A stretch of DNA of 64,000 nt from Naegleria gruberi (Eukaryota). Position 1 is the stretch's first letter, and every line of letters begins with the position of its first letter. The notes beneath the pieces were generated by a model. That model saw only the letters and a program-made list of their open reading frames with translations. It had not been told where the DNA came from and did not search any database. Of this stretch, positions 1-11,961 are shown piece by piece. The position numbers and the translations under genes are program-made. The DNA is taken from assembly GCA_000004985.1 (NCBI GenBank), contig GG738906.1. One strand, 5' to 3'.

Positions 1-1993
1 ATAAATACTTGTTTTCTATTGGAAATTCCGTCCATTTCATTTAGTAATTGAGATAGAGCTCTGGCAGATGAGCCACTATCTGTAACTGTAGCATTGTTTT
101 GTAACTCTCTCCTAGGAGCCAAAGCATCAATTTCATCAAAAACTAGAACACATGGTGACAATTGTTTGGCTCTTTTAAAAATGTACCTTATCAATTTTTC
201 TGTTTCACCAACATATTGACTGAATACTTCAGGACTGATCAAGTTAGAAAATGTTTGCTCAGTTCACTTACCATTTAATCGAAATGTAATTCATTTTTCC
301 CATTGAAGCTAGACTCTTCACTAGAAGCGTTTTTCCAACTCCACTAGGTCCATGCAATAATATTCCGCAACATGGTGGAAGACCAAACCTAGAGAAAGAC
401 TCTGGATGATCTAGTGGCCAATATAACAATTCTTTACATTTTTGCTTGATTTCAAAGTATCCACCAATCTCTGAAAATGCAGAGTCAGTCTCTTTGTCAC
501 TAGCCTTGAGGATGGTAAAGAGATTTTCTGTATGTAATTGACTAGGCTTAACAACTCGTAATGCATAGTCAAAATCATTCCAACATGGTTCGGTAGTTGA
601 AGAAATATCTTTTCGTATGGAAATCATGTGATATTGTGCCATTTTAAATATTCTCTCAATATCTCTACCAACATATCCAGATACAAATCTCTGTAAATTA
701 CTTAAAAACTCTCTTCTCTTCTCCAAACTCAATAAAGGAAAATATCTATTGAAGTGAACGCTTAAAACCTCTCGTTTGCTCTTTAAGGAAGATGGAATAG
801 GAATGTAGAAATCTCTCTCAAAATGTCCACTCTGACGAATAGACTCATCCATTTCTTCTACATTCTTGTTTGAAACTGCAATCACTGCACACTTTCCGCT
901 TGTAAATACAATGTTTTGAAGAGCTGAGAACAAGTTACCAATGTTTTTTCCTAAATTTTCCATATCATCCAAACAAATAAGAGTACCTTTAGTCAAGTTC
1001 AAGTTATGAAACATGTCCATACTGAACGAAGATCCGTTCCCAAACCTCACAACAACTCCCCTCCTTTCAAACTCCTTTCCAATATATCTAAAATATTGCA
1101 AAAATATTAATATTATGAAATAAAAGTGTTATACACAAAAAGAAATAATCTTACCTGAGTATTGTTGATTTTCCAGTTCCTTGCAACCCCCACAAGAGAA
1201 TAGTTTTAGGTAGGTGAGTGTAATTTTCACTAGCTCTGAAAAATAAAGTATCCAGAATTGTTAAAATTCCTTCCAATTGGTCATTCAATCCTCCCAAAGT
1301 ATTGTTCGATAATTCCTCAATAAAATTAAAAGTATCAATATGGTTTGTGGAGCGTGTTGTTGGTTTACTATTTTTAAAATCTTCTGTAATTGAAAAATTA
1401 AACTCATTTGTTACTCTGTAATATACTGATTTTTCATTTCCAACAGTTTCTTCAATATTTAAAAGTATTGGATACTGAACACCCATGCACTCTATAAGGA
1501 TTCTTTCACCATTCATGATATATTTACCAATCAATTTGGACTTTATCAGATGGGAAAAGAAATTTTCCTTCTTTTTAAATATTGACTTGCTTTCAAATAA
1601 TTTAATTCTATCAATAAACTTCAAAACATCGTCTGAATCAATAAATTTGATTTGAACGTTAATATTATTTGGTGGTGAATTATTAATATTTGTTAAACAT
1701 TGATAATTAATATATTTTTCATTGTTATTCAATAATTTTTCCACGACTACATCTTGTCCATGCAATAACTTATCCAATCCCAACAATGAAACAATTCTCG
1801 AATTGGCAATACAAATACTTTCTTGATTATTGCTCAGAAATCCTCCAAACTCTAAAATTGTGAAACTGAACGAGTTTTTCAAAATTATTGGTTCAAAGAG
1901 GGAACTTATATTTATACTGTTATCATCGGAAGGAGAGGAAATTAGTATTGACTGCAAATCACAATTAAATTTATCATCACCAATAAGTTTCAT
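1..1993 (-). CDS. Double AAA+ ATPase (Pex1/Pex6/AFG2/NVL-like); start codon at 1993, 3' part runs off the left window edge. Exons (minus strand) 1155..1993, 272..1087, 1..234(+)
   Basis: D1 Walker A GLQGTGKST, then Walker B-like LICLDDMENL and an SRH-like FERDFYIPIP segment. D2 begins GILLHGPSGVGKTLL, and after an intron continues PEVFSQYVGETEKLIRYIFKRAKQLSPCVLVFDEIDALAPRR. Introns: 1088..1154 (AG|GTAAGA…TTTTAG) and 235..271 (TG|GTAAGT…GATCAG). Both restore the AAA consensus across the ORF-track breaks. Confidence 0.8.
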
Positions 1994-2275
1994 TTTTTAT
2001 TTGTATGAAATCTTTGTGATTCAAATTTAATGAAGAGTGGTACATTTAATGTTAATAAATACATACACAACAACAAGGCAATTAACGGAATTCATTCGGA
2101 ATCTTCTCAATGTGCCAATTCCTCATAATGATACTAAATTTTCCAATTGAACCACTCAACTGTTACCCACTACGTCATTTAAATTTTATTTAAAAATAAT
2201 TTTATTTTTTTAAATTTAAAAGCGCAAACGCTTTAGCGAAGAATACTGAATCCTAAAATAAATCAACAATAAAAA

Positions 2276-3938
2276 ATGGTCTTAGCAGAATTGGGCTCAC
2301 GTATCACAACAGCCCTCCGAACCATCAACTCACAAGCTGTTATTGATGATGCTGCGATCAGTGAATTATTAAAAGAAATTGGTAATTCACTTATGGCTGC
2401 GGATGTAAATATTCAACAAGTGATTCAACTTCGTAATGGTATAAAAGCAGGATTGGATTTTGAAAAACTACCAAAAGGTATCAATAGAAGAAATCACATT
2501 AAAGCTGTAGTTTATCAAGAATTATGTAAATTGTTGGATCCAGGAGTTAAACCATTCCAACCAGTTAAAGGAAAACAAAATATCATCATGTTTGTTGGTT
2601 AGTATTATTTCTATTTAAAAATTCTTAGTTTTTGAAATAGGTTTGCAAGGTGCTGGTAAAACAACAACTTGTACCAAGTATGCAAGATATTATCAAAAGA
2701 AGGGATTCCGTTCAGCACTTGTTTGTGCCGATACATTCCGTGCTGGTGCTCTTGAACAATTGAGACAAAACGCAGCTAAGGTTCAAATTGCCTTCTATGG
2801 TGACGAATATGAAACCAATCCAGTTAAAATTGCAAAGGATGGTGTGGAACAATTCAAAAATGAAAAATATGAAGTCATTATTGTAGATACTTCAGGAAGA
2901 CACATGCAAGAAGAATCTCTGTTTGAAGAAATGGAACAAGTTTCTCAAGCAGTTAATCCAGATGAAGTCATTTTCGTCATGGACAGTAGTATTGGTCAAA
3001 GTGTTAAAGAACAAGCAGCTGCTTTCAAATCTAGAGTATCTGTAGGAAGTGTGATTGTTACCAAATTGGACGGTCATGCCAAAGGTGGTGGTGCTTTGAG
3101 TGCTGTTGCAGCTACCAAATCACCAATTACATTTATTGGTACCGGTGAAGATTTTGATAATTTCCAACAATTTAATGCTGAAAGCTTTGTTTCTAGACTT
3201 TTAGGACAAGGTGATCTCAAAACACTTTTAACTACAGTTCAAGAAGCTGTAGATCCAACAAAACAACCACAAATGTTTGATAATATTGCTAAAGGTATTT
3301 ACACAATCAGAGATATGAGAGAACACTTTACATCAATAATGAAGATGGGTCCTCTGTCACAAGTAATGTCAATGATACCTGGATTCAGTGAACAATTATT
3401 ACCAAAAGGATCAGAACAAGAAAGTAATGCAAGATTAAAGAAATACTTAACAATAATGGACTCTATGAATGATACTGAAATGGATTGTACAGATATAACT
3501 AAATTACCGAACATGCAATCAAGAATAATGCGTATTGCTAGAGGAAGTGGTAGAACACCAAAAGATGTTCAAGAATTATTGGAACAATTTAAAGTATTCC
3601 AATCCATGATTGGAAGAGTGAAGGATCTCAACTTAGCTAACATGAAATCGCCTAAAGATTTACAAAAACTTTCTAAAAATTTACCAAATACTCTCAAAGG
3701 TATGCCAGGAATGGGAAATGTTGATATGAATGCCATGATGAAACAAATGCAAAAAGGTGGTATGCCAAATCTTGGAGGTATGAACTTGGGAGGTTTGATG
3801 AATGGATTGTCAAACATGCTTGGAAGTGGTGGTCTTGGAAATTTAGGTGATTTAGGCAGTATGTTTGGAGGTGCTGCAGGAGGTGCTGCAGGTCTTCCAC
3901 AACAACCCAAGACAAAAACAGTCGTAAGAAAGAGATAA
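2276..3938 (+). CDS. SRP54: Signal recognition particle 54 kDa protein (SRP54). Exons 2276..2597 and 2641..3938, with a 43-nt phase-1 intron 2598..2640 (GTTAGT…ATAG)
   Basis: The splice joins the N-domain to the G-domain as …IIMFVG|LQGAGKTTT (P-loop), then DTSGRH and TKLDG. The C-terminal M-domain is Met-rich (GMPGMGNVDMNAMMKQMQKGGMPNLGGMNLGG). Confidence 0.92.
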
Positions 3939-4078
3939 AATTGTATATTTATTATAAATCAAATGTTTATTAACAAGTTTGATAGTGGAATGAATGGTAC
4001 TCTTTCAACTTTGTTTTGAATTAAAAAAGTATCTGCATTAATTTTGATGAAGAAAATATTCAAATTATTAAAAAAAAA

Positions 4079-5815
4079 ATGCCAAGTGTAAAAGCCAACA
4101 ATAGTTTTAAATTGAACGATACTGCTCGGAAGATCATTGATTCCTACCAAGAGAGTAGTGATGAAGAAGATGCCGGAATGGTAACAAAAAGACAAGCTAG
4201 ACAAGATTTGACATTTACTAAATCTAAAACACAAAAGGATGTAAATCAAGAAATTATTGATAAATTCTTAAAGGCAAATCCTGATGTTAATGTTGCTACT
4301 AAAAAACCAAAGGATGAAATTGAAGAATCTGTCAAGAGTATTGAGAAGAAAATTAAAAAACTCAAGAAGAAACTTTTAATTGTGGAAAAGGAGGAAGAAA
4401 ATGCCGATAGTATGGATACTGCATTCGGACAAGAAGATGAACACAAATCAAAGAAAAAGAGAATTTTAAAGGAAATAGCATTCCTCAAGGAATCTCTTAT
4501 TGTTAAAAGTTCACAATTAAAGAGAAAGAAAAATCAAGAATTCAGAGAAGGAAAGGAAGAGGAAGAAAAAGGAAAAAACCTTGTTGTTAAAACAATTGTA
4601 GATGTTGAACAAAAACCAGAAACAGAAGAAGAAAATAATATTTCACTTACTGGAACAGAAATTCCAAATGAAGACGAAGATGAAGTTGAATCATCAGCAA
4701 CAAATGAACCACCTTCAAAGAAATCTAAGGAATCATCCGAAAAGAATCTCACAAAGAAAAGAGTTATTGTTGAATATGTTCCACCATACACTAGAAAGAA
4801 TTACAGTGTCGCTGTTGCCATCCCTGGATGTGTACTTGATTCAAACATGTCAGAAGAACAAAAGACATTATTGTGCATTTCTATAGCTCGTGCTTGTACT
4901 TGTTTAAAGGTTAATGAAATTATTATTTACAACGAAAAGGGAGAATCTATGGAAACTTCAAACTTTTTACCAAATATCGAGCCACCAATGGTTACAGAAA
5001 TGAAGACTGGCAAAAAGAATAAGAAGAAGGATGATTTTATTTCATTGGCCATTGATAGAAATGTTTATTTGGCAAATATGTTATACTATCTCGAAACACC
5101 TCCATACTTGAGAGAAAAACTCATTCCAAATCTTAAAATGTTGAAATTTGCAATGTCTTTACCACAAGACGTACTCGATAGTGCTCACCATTTGAATGCC
5201 ATGGATATGGCTCATCCTTTCAGGGAAGGTTTGGTTTTAGAAGAGGGTGATTTGGTCTATGTTGGTCATTCAAAATTAGTCAAGCTCAAGAAGAAGGTTC
5301 CACCAGGATTGAGAGTAACTGTTGAAATTTACAATACTCTTCAAGGATATCATGAAGGCAGAATTGTTAGCTCCGAGGCACCAAAACAAAAGAAGGGATT
5401 ATATTGGGGATATAATGTTCGTTTAGTTTCCTCTTTCAGTCAAATCTTTAACGAATGTTCTTACAAGGAGGGTTATGATACTGTCATAACTCATGCAGAA
5501 TTTGGTAAAAGTATTGACTCTAAAGATTATGATTTGCCAAGCTTTAAACACTTGTTAATTGTTTTGGGAGGTATGCACAACATTTCAGGCGCAATTCAAA
5601 GCGATGTGAATATTGTAAAGAATTACAATTCTAGAAATTTATTTGATCAGATAATTAACTTATGCCCAAATAACGGATTGAAGTCTATGAGAATTGATGA
5701 TGTTTTGACTCTTGGAATGGGTGCTCTTCGTAAACGTATTGATTTTAACATGCCACCTGCAGAAGTCAAAATCAAAGACCTTTCCTCATTCCTTTTACCA
5801 AATAATAATAATTAA
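4079..5815 (+). CDS. SPOUT-domain methyltransferase, C9orf114/SPOUT1 (DUF171) family; acidic and lysine-rich N-terminal half
   Basis: 578-aa single ORF. The C-terminal half contains YSVAVAIPGCVLDS…, YDTVITHAEFGKS… and LLIVLGGMHNISGA, which resemble the SPOUT1/C9orf114 fold. Family assignment is from memory of that family's motifs. Confidence 0.55.
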   Translation: MPSVKANNSFKLNDTARKIIDSYQESSDEEDAGMVTKRQARQDLTFTKSKTQKDVNQEIIDKFLKANPDVNVATKKPKDEIEESVKSIEKKIKKLKKKLLIVEKEEENADSMDTAFGQEDEHKSKKKRILKEIAFLKESLIVKSSQLKRKKNQEFREGKEEEEKGKNLVVKTIVDVEQKPETEEENNISLTGTEIPNEDEDEVESSATNEPPSKKSKESSEKNLTKKRVIVEYVPPYTRKNYSVAVAIPGCVLDSNMSEEQKTLLCISIARACTCLKVNEIIIYNEKGESMETSNFLPNIEPPMVTEMKTGKKNKKKDDFISLAIDRNVYLANMLYYLETPPYLREKLIPNLKMLKFAMSLPQDVLDSAHHLNAMDMAHPFREGLVLEEGDLVYVGHSKLVKLKKKVPPGLRVTVEIYNTLQGYHEGRIVSSEAPKQKKGLYWGYNVRLVSSFSQIFNECSYKEGYDTVITHAEFGKSIDSKDYDLPSFKHLLIVLGGMHNISGAIQSDVNIVKNYNSRNLFDQIINLCPNNGLKSMRIDDVLTLGMGALRKRIDFNMPPAEVKIKDLSSFLLPNNNN

Positions 5816-5914
5816 ATGCTTTCTAAATTCATTTGGTTGTCAGTAAAGGGTTTACCTTTTTTATCACATTATTGCCTCTTATTTAATTGGTTACATTAAG
5901 CTTCATATTACACT

Positions 5915-7929
5915 TTATTTCTTCATTAGGAAATAAGAACATGGTTTAACTGAGCCAAACCAAGCATCTCCAAATCTACAGGTAGCATCGGCGTGATTAG
6001 CTTCAGTAATATAGTGTTGAGAAAGGTGGCTTGAGCTGAATTGGGATGAATTACCAATCATACATGAACTGATACCAACCAACCCGTCATTCGGCTCTCC
6101 AAAGTTGACCATATTACTCAAAAATCCTAAGGCCGGAGAATAATAAGAATTCAAGCCAGTACTACTTGTTCCACACATTTGACCTTTGATGTAGGGCTGA
6201 GCAATAGATTCCAACTCTGAAATTCCCTCAAATGTAGTTTGTAATGTTTCATAGGTTGGATAGACTTTAGTTGACTTGTCAAGACAATATCCAGCTTTTG
6301 AAGCAACAAATTTAGCAACTGATGGTGTAATAATTGACACCTTATTTTCACAAACTTCCTTTAACACGCTTACTGCCTTAGTTCCCTTCATTGGACCCAT
6401 CAAATTGTACCAAGATACAGTTTCTTTATCTATTTTACATAGATTATTCTTTAAAGCACCTGCAATTATTAAATTACCCATTGAATGAGCAAAAACAATT
6501 ACATTTCTAACAGTATTATCAGTTGCATTGAGTTGATTGGCATATTTAGGAATGTGTTTCAATAACATGAAATCACAAAAACTTTGTTGTAGCTCCATAT
6601 TATCCCATCCTCTATTCTTTGTCTCTTCACGAATGAACCATCTTTCCGAACACTGAGGTGTGTAATCGGCAACTGGTCCCCAATAGAGCTCATATTCTTC
6701 TTTAAGAGGAGGTCCTAAGTAGTTTGAATATGTAAATGAGACATTGGAAATTGACATATCTACATACCTTTTCTCTCCTCTAATTCTCCACAACCATGTA
6801 CGAAGAGGCAAATCTTTTTCTCTTCTGATTGTTCCACTTGTTGTTGACACTTGTCATTATTTCTAAGATATGGAACCTTACAGGCAACAGAATTGAAAAA
6901 GTATGCCTTGGCTGGTGAAATGAAACTCTTTAGTGAAATAACAGCCCTTGCCTTCTCTTTTGGAAACAGATCTTTCAGAACTCTGCTGTTTGATACTTGT
7001 TGTTCTTTGTTAACAAGTGAAAGTTCTTCCTGAATTGTTTTTGAAGTTGCAAATAATTGTTCAAAAGTAGGTTCAACATTTGTTTGATTTACATAATTAT
7101 TTCCTCCCCTCATCTTTACATTCTGGTTAGTGAGTTGCTCTACAGAGGTGATTTGAATAGTAAATTCCTGTCCTATAATGTATCTTAAATGAAGAAGATT
7201 TGAAACCATCTTTTCGACCGTTATTGTATGTGGATCTTTCTTTAAAACACAAAATATGTAATGCTGATCTTCAAAGTAAACGACATGCCTACTCAACAAA
7301 CTACTAGGACACAACCTATCAACAGCCTCATCAAAAATAGGAACGCTCTCAGGAATGAAATGTGAATATGCAATATTTGACATCATTTCATCATGTAAGG
7401 CAGTGAAGAAGTTGTGAAATTGGAAAGACTGAGTTGATGTAATAATATCTTCCTCGCTTTCATTGTGAAAATGTTGAGTGAACGCCAATTTCTCTGAATC
7501 ATAATAAATACTCTTTTTGAGGAGACTTGAAGTTGAAACAAGTCTTAATCTAGTGTTTTTCTTTTGCTTGCTATCATAGCTCAAAACAGCTCTCCCTCTA
7601 AAGAGTGGAAGTTGATTGTGGTTAGTTTGATAGGTAATGATTCTAGATCTGGCATGTAATTTAAAGTCTACCAATAAATTTGAAATGCTAAAATTCTCTG
7701 GGAATTTTAACCATCCTTTTGTTTTCAATAAGGAGTCATTTAGTGATGATGGTGTTCCACTATTACTTATTCCGTTGGTAGAGAGAGAAAAATGTAATAT
7801 TGTAAGAAGAAGTAAGTAAAATCCTCCCCTTGAAAAGCCCCAACTGCAAACCATTGATGTGGAACTTTTTCTTTTGAAAAAGAAACGCTTGCCATTCAGA
7901 GTTGTTATATTAAGTGAATGTTCAAACAA
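5915..7929 (-). CDS. Putative serine esterase/lipase of the DUF676 (FAM135/ROG1-like) type with a long N-terminal extension. Exons 6768..7929 and 5915..6714, with a 53-nt intron 6715..6767 (GTATGT…CTTAG)
   Basis: The ORF-track entries 6760..7929 and 5915..6850 overlap in different frames. A GTATGT donor after ERKG and an AG acceptor restore …ICLFVHGCGELEERKG|PPLKEEYELYWGP…. The lipase nucleophile elbow is VIVFAHSMGNLIIAGAL, and NDGLVGISS follows. A hydrophobic signal-like segment (GFYLLLLTILHFSLSTNG) lies near the N-terminus; the start is either M at 7929 or M at about 7854. Confidence 0.6.
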
Positions 7930-7988
7930 GAAACATCACAATTGGATGGAAAAAAAGGGAGCACAAACTACAAAATATCAAAAAATAT

Positions 7989-8996
7989 TTAACGTTTATA
8001 AACTAGCTCAACAGAATCATCGAGATGTGAATCATCCCCTCTGTAGGGGGTAATAGAGAATTGAGGCAACCCAGTTCTTATCCGTTTGTCATTTGGTCCA
8101 ATTGAAAAATCCGAGCTGGTTGACTGATCATCACAAAAACTATCCTCATGATTATGTCTCTCTCTGTTGATGTTGAACATTCTAGAACTTTTTGGCTCTT
8201 GTATCATTCTCTCCAAACCGGTGCCAGGGTGTGTAGGTGAAGTTTTCTTTTGTAATCTTGACAGTTTTGAATTTTGTTGAATTAATTTAGAGAGAGCATA
8301 GTCTACTTCATCTCCATCTGATCTTCTAGGAGAGGAGCTTGAGGAGGATATGGAGCTAGAATTTAAATCTATTTTTTTTGAATCTATAGTTTGAAATGTT
8401 TGCTTTACATGTCTATTTACATTTGGTTGACTTGGAAACAATCTTTGTTTGGTTGGAGGAATACCTTTTTGTATCCTATCAATTTCATCTTGGGCTTTGT
8501 TTGGCTCCATGTGGAGAATTGGTTTTTGGTAAATGTCGCTAGTATCTGATTGCAATTTTCTTTCGTTGGCCATGTCTTTCCTCCTCTCTCTCACATTCTC
8601 ATTCCTTAATCGGTGAATGATAGAGTACAAGAGTGGAACTGAGTCACCATCCTCATCCATCTCGTCATATGTTTTTCTAATGTTCAACTCATGAGCAAGA
8701 AATCGCTTATCTAGTCTTTCCTGTGGTTGATTGCATTCCTTTAGGAAAACAGATTTTGTATAGTCCATATTATTGTATTCCAAATACTCTATGAATAGTT
8801 CATTAATAAGAAATTGAATATCGGAGGGCTTGGGTTTTGAACTTTGTTTTTTTAACCAATACTCTGTGGTCTCATCATGATCTTGCTCCTCAAATGTTTT
8901 AAAAATTTCTGCTCTTAAATTTGCTCTAATTTTGTTGAGCACTCCTCTTTTCTCTAGATTGTCTTTCAATATGTCCTTGATTTCCTCTAAAGACAT
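7989..8996 (-). CDS. FOP-N/LisH dimerisation-domain protein (FGFR1OP/CEP43-like centrosomal protein) with an S-rich disordered C-terminal half
   Basis: The N-terminus MSLEEIKDILKDNLEKRGVLNKIRANLRAEIFKTFEEQ aligns to the FOP N-terminal motif (…LENSGVLNRIKAELRAAVF…EEQ). Single exon. Confidence 0.6.
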   Translation of the reverse strand: MSLEEIKDILKDNLEKRGVLNKIRANLRAEIFKTFEEQDHDETTEYWLKKQSSKPKPSDIQFLINELFIEYLEYNNMDYTKSVFLKECNQPQERLDKRFLAHELNIRKTYDEMDEDGDSVPLLYSIIHRLRNENVRERRKDMANERKLQSDTSDIYQKPILHMEPNKAQDEIDRIQKGIPPTKQRLFPSQPNVNRHVKQTFQTIDSKKIDLNSSSISSSSSSPRRSDGDEVDYALSKLIQQNSKLSRLQKKTSPTHPGTGLERMIQEPKSSRMFNINRERHNHEDSFCDDQSTSSDFSIGPNDKRIRTGLPQFSITPYRGDDSHLDDSVELVYKR

Positions 8997-9204
8997 TTTT
9001 TATTGATTTTTGTACTTGGTTTTGGAGGGAATTTTTAATTCTACAACTCGAGAGAAAAGAACGATTAAAACTTTTAAATTATAGGGAGCAAACCAAACAC
9101 AACATGTCAGGTAAAAAGTAAACCTTGATGAATTAAAATACTCTGTTAAAATCAAATTAAATGCAATAAAAAAAACTTAATTTTTAATTTGTTATTCAAA
9201 AAAA

Positions 9205-11197
9205 ATGCTTGCTAATATGAAAATTTTGGCCCGACCAAAAATAAAGGCCACTCCTTCCATCATTTCCTTGCTTCCTCTCAATCAACAAAGACATTTGAGC
9301 AATTGGACTCATAGACCAACAAAGGACTTTGAAAAGGAAAATATTATTGGAAAGGCTTCACATGCCAGAAGACAAAAGGAAAAGAAATTCTACAAGTGGA
9401 CCGTCAATCCTAGTGTTACAAGAAAAGAAATTCAAGAACACAACGCTAAAGTCAATGCTCCAGGTACTAAAAAAGAACAAGTTGTATCAACAAGAAACAA
9501 GCAATATATTGATGAAATATACGCAGCCGCCAAACAACATAATCCAAAGGCTGCTATTGAAGCATATCACAGATGTTCTCACGGACTTGACATTCGTGTA
9601 TATTCAGCCATCATCAAATCCGTACGTACACTATTGTGTTAAAAAGTAATAATTAATATCGATGATTATTTTGGAAATAGATGGAAAACGATGCCAACCA
9701 CATTGGTGATGCCTTCCAAGTCTATAATGATATGAAGAAGGGAGGTAAGAAGGGTAACGTTGCTACTTTTACTCACCTTTTGAATGTGTGTATTACTGCT
9801 AACCATTTGACTCGTGCCTTGTATGTGATGAAGGAAATGATGCTTTATGCAACTATTGGTCAAAAAAGTATCTCCCAAGCAACCAGTTTCTTCAAGAAAC
9901 TCATCAGGTTTGTACTCCTATAATTATATATCATTTAAATGATAACCATTTTCATTCACAAAGACTTTGTTACATTAACAATGAACCAGGAAGAGCTGTT
10001 GCTGTTTATGACTGTATGAGAAATGCTAAAGCTGGTGAATTTAAACCTGAAGAACAAGTAACAAACGAAATATCATTTGAATATATTAGACGAGTAATTT
10101 CGGAAGAAATTAAAATTCCAAAAGAATCGGAAGAACTTAAAGAATTTTGGATTGCTATGAACAAAGCTAAACGTCCAAGTTTCACTACTCAAGCCTCTCC
10201 AATGCTCCCATCATCTTCAAACAAATCTTTTGGTATTGCTGGTAAATCAGAACAAAGAGCCACTTTTGAAGCTGAGCTCAGAAAATTGAAGAGATTGACA
10301 GAAGTTGACGAAGAAGTTTCAAGAGAAAATAAGGCATTAGATTTTGATGAATATGGTTTAAGTACTCGTGATCATCTTGAACTTCGTTCAATAACATTGA
10401 ATACACCAATGCTTGCCAATGATCAATCTGATGTTGATCAATCACTCAGACAATCATATAAGACAGCAGCCTTTGAATTCTCACATGTTTTCTACTCTAC
10501 ACTTTTCAATGATAACAATTATACCCCAGTAGATGTTTATAGTACTCATACAGAAACATTGGCTGAACAATATGGTACTCTTTTAAAGAATAATGGACTT
10601 TCAGAAAAGGAAATTAAATTGGAAGTTGACTCATTCAAGGCTTTTGCTGAAGCTCACTATGAAGTCATTGAACAACACTTGTCTGAAGATGGTACCATTA
10701 CTTTCACAAATGAATATTTGAATGCTTTGATTGATGCTATGGAAAATAATTGGACTCCAGCCTACAAACATGACCACCAAATTATGTCTATGATTCCAAC
10801 TGTTGCAGGTGCTTCAGCTAATGACTCTGCCATTCTTTTATCTCAACCAATGAAGACTTTAATGGATAAATTTGTTGAAGCAGAATCTTTGCAAGAACTG
10901 GACCCTGTTTTGGATGAATACAAATCAGAAATGAACAAGATTACAAGATATGTCAATCGTAAAGTTGATTGGCAACCAGTTGTTTTGGGTGTTGATGGTA
11001 GACCATTCTTCCCATCTGAAGATATCATTTCAATCGATGAAGTCACAACTGAAACAATTGAAAGAGCCAAACAAGCCTATATTGATAGCATCAAAGATGA
11101 AGAAGTCAAGAAACAAATTAAGGAAGAATTCTATGATTATATTCACTTGGTTTGGATTGATGGTAAGGGTAGAGTTGTTGAAGGTATCAGTTACTAA
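9205..11197 (+). CDS. Mitochondrial-type pentatricopeptide-repeat (PPR) protein, possibly MRPS27/PTCD3-like. Exons 9205..9621, 9681..9907, 9964..11197
   Basis: The N-terminus looks like a mitochondrial targeting peptide (MLANMKILARPKIK…). PPR-like repeats include VYSAIIKS|MENDANHIGDAFQVYNDMKKGG and NVATFTHLLNVCITANHLTRALYVMKEM. Intron donors are GTACGT (9622) and GTTTGT (9908); acceptors are AATAG|ATG and ACAAAG|. Frames are continuous across both joins. Confidence 0.55.
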
Positions 11198-11287
11198 GGT
11201 AAAAATAATAAATATTGGAATAAACTTTAAATAATTAAGCAATAATTTATATTTAATTTATTAATATTTAACAAAAATAATTAAAAA

Positions 11288-11914
11288 ATGAGAAAAAACC
11301 TAATAACTTTTTGTCGTACTTTCCAACAACAACACCGAAATCACACCAATACTACCACGTCCCAAAATAACTACAGACTATTTTCAACATGTGTTAAAAC
11401 TACAACCTCTTCTCAACAAGATGTTCACTTCCGAAAGAGGTAATTTTATAATTCATTTACTAATTTTTCATTTAAATTTAGCATTAAAATAGGAGATTCT
11501 GCTTCAATGCAAAGATCTTTCAATTCTCAAGATGTTTCTGATTTTGCAAAATTATCAGGTGATTACAATCCTTTGCATTTCGATGCTGATTTTGCTAAAA
11601 TACACGGCATGTTCAAGGATCGTATTGTTCATGGAGTTTTAGTATCATCATTAATCAGCAATTTGGCAGGCACTGTTTTACCTGGTGCTGGATCAATTTA
11701 CATGTCACAAGAGTTGAAATTTCTCAAACCAGTTTATATAGACCAAGAAATAACAGTTTCAGTTCAAATTAAAGAAGCCTTGTCAACTAAAAAAAGTGGA
11801 AACAAGAAAGTTATTTTCATTCTTGATACTGAAATAAGAGATTCAAGTAATAAGGATTTGTTAGCGAGTGGTGTTTCCCGACTTTATCACCCCAACTTAC
11901 AAGTTGAAGAATAA
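11288..11914 (+). CDS. MaoC-like hot-dog-fold dehydratase (mitochondrial hydroxyacyl-thioester dehydratase HTD2-like). Exons 11288..11439 and 11482..11914
   Basis: The hot-dog motif is FAKLSGDYNPLHFDADFAKIHGMFKDRIVHG. An upstream exon (MRKNLITFCRTFQQQHRNHTNTTTSQNNYRLFSTCVKTTTSSQQDVHFRK…) is joined by a phase-2 intron, GTAATT…TTTAG at 11440..11481, and looks like a presequence. Confidence 0.7.
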
Positions 11915-11961
11915 AATTATTATTTTTGGATTTTTAAAAAAAATATTTAATAACAAAAACC

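Noticed and set aside
3569-3910. Minus-strand ORF MGCCGRPAAPPAAPP… and three other minus ORFs (2892..3077, 3299..3514, 3694..3915) overlapping SRP54
   Set aside because: They are antisense to the well-supported SRP54 M-domain and G-domain. The Pro/Ala-rich product is just the reverse-complement reading of the Gly/Met codons.
8040-8056. Inverted repeat CCCCTCTGTAGGGGG that looks like a terminator hairpin
   Set aside because: It lies inside the coding sequence of the FOP-like gene (minus strand). Rho-independent terminators are not expected in a eukaryotic nuclear gene, so this is probably coincidental.
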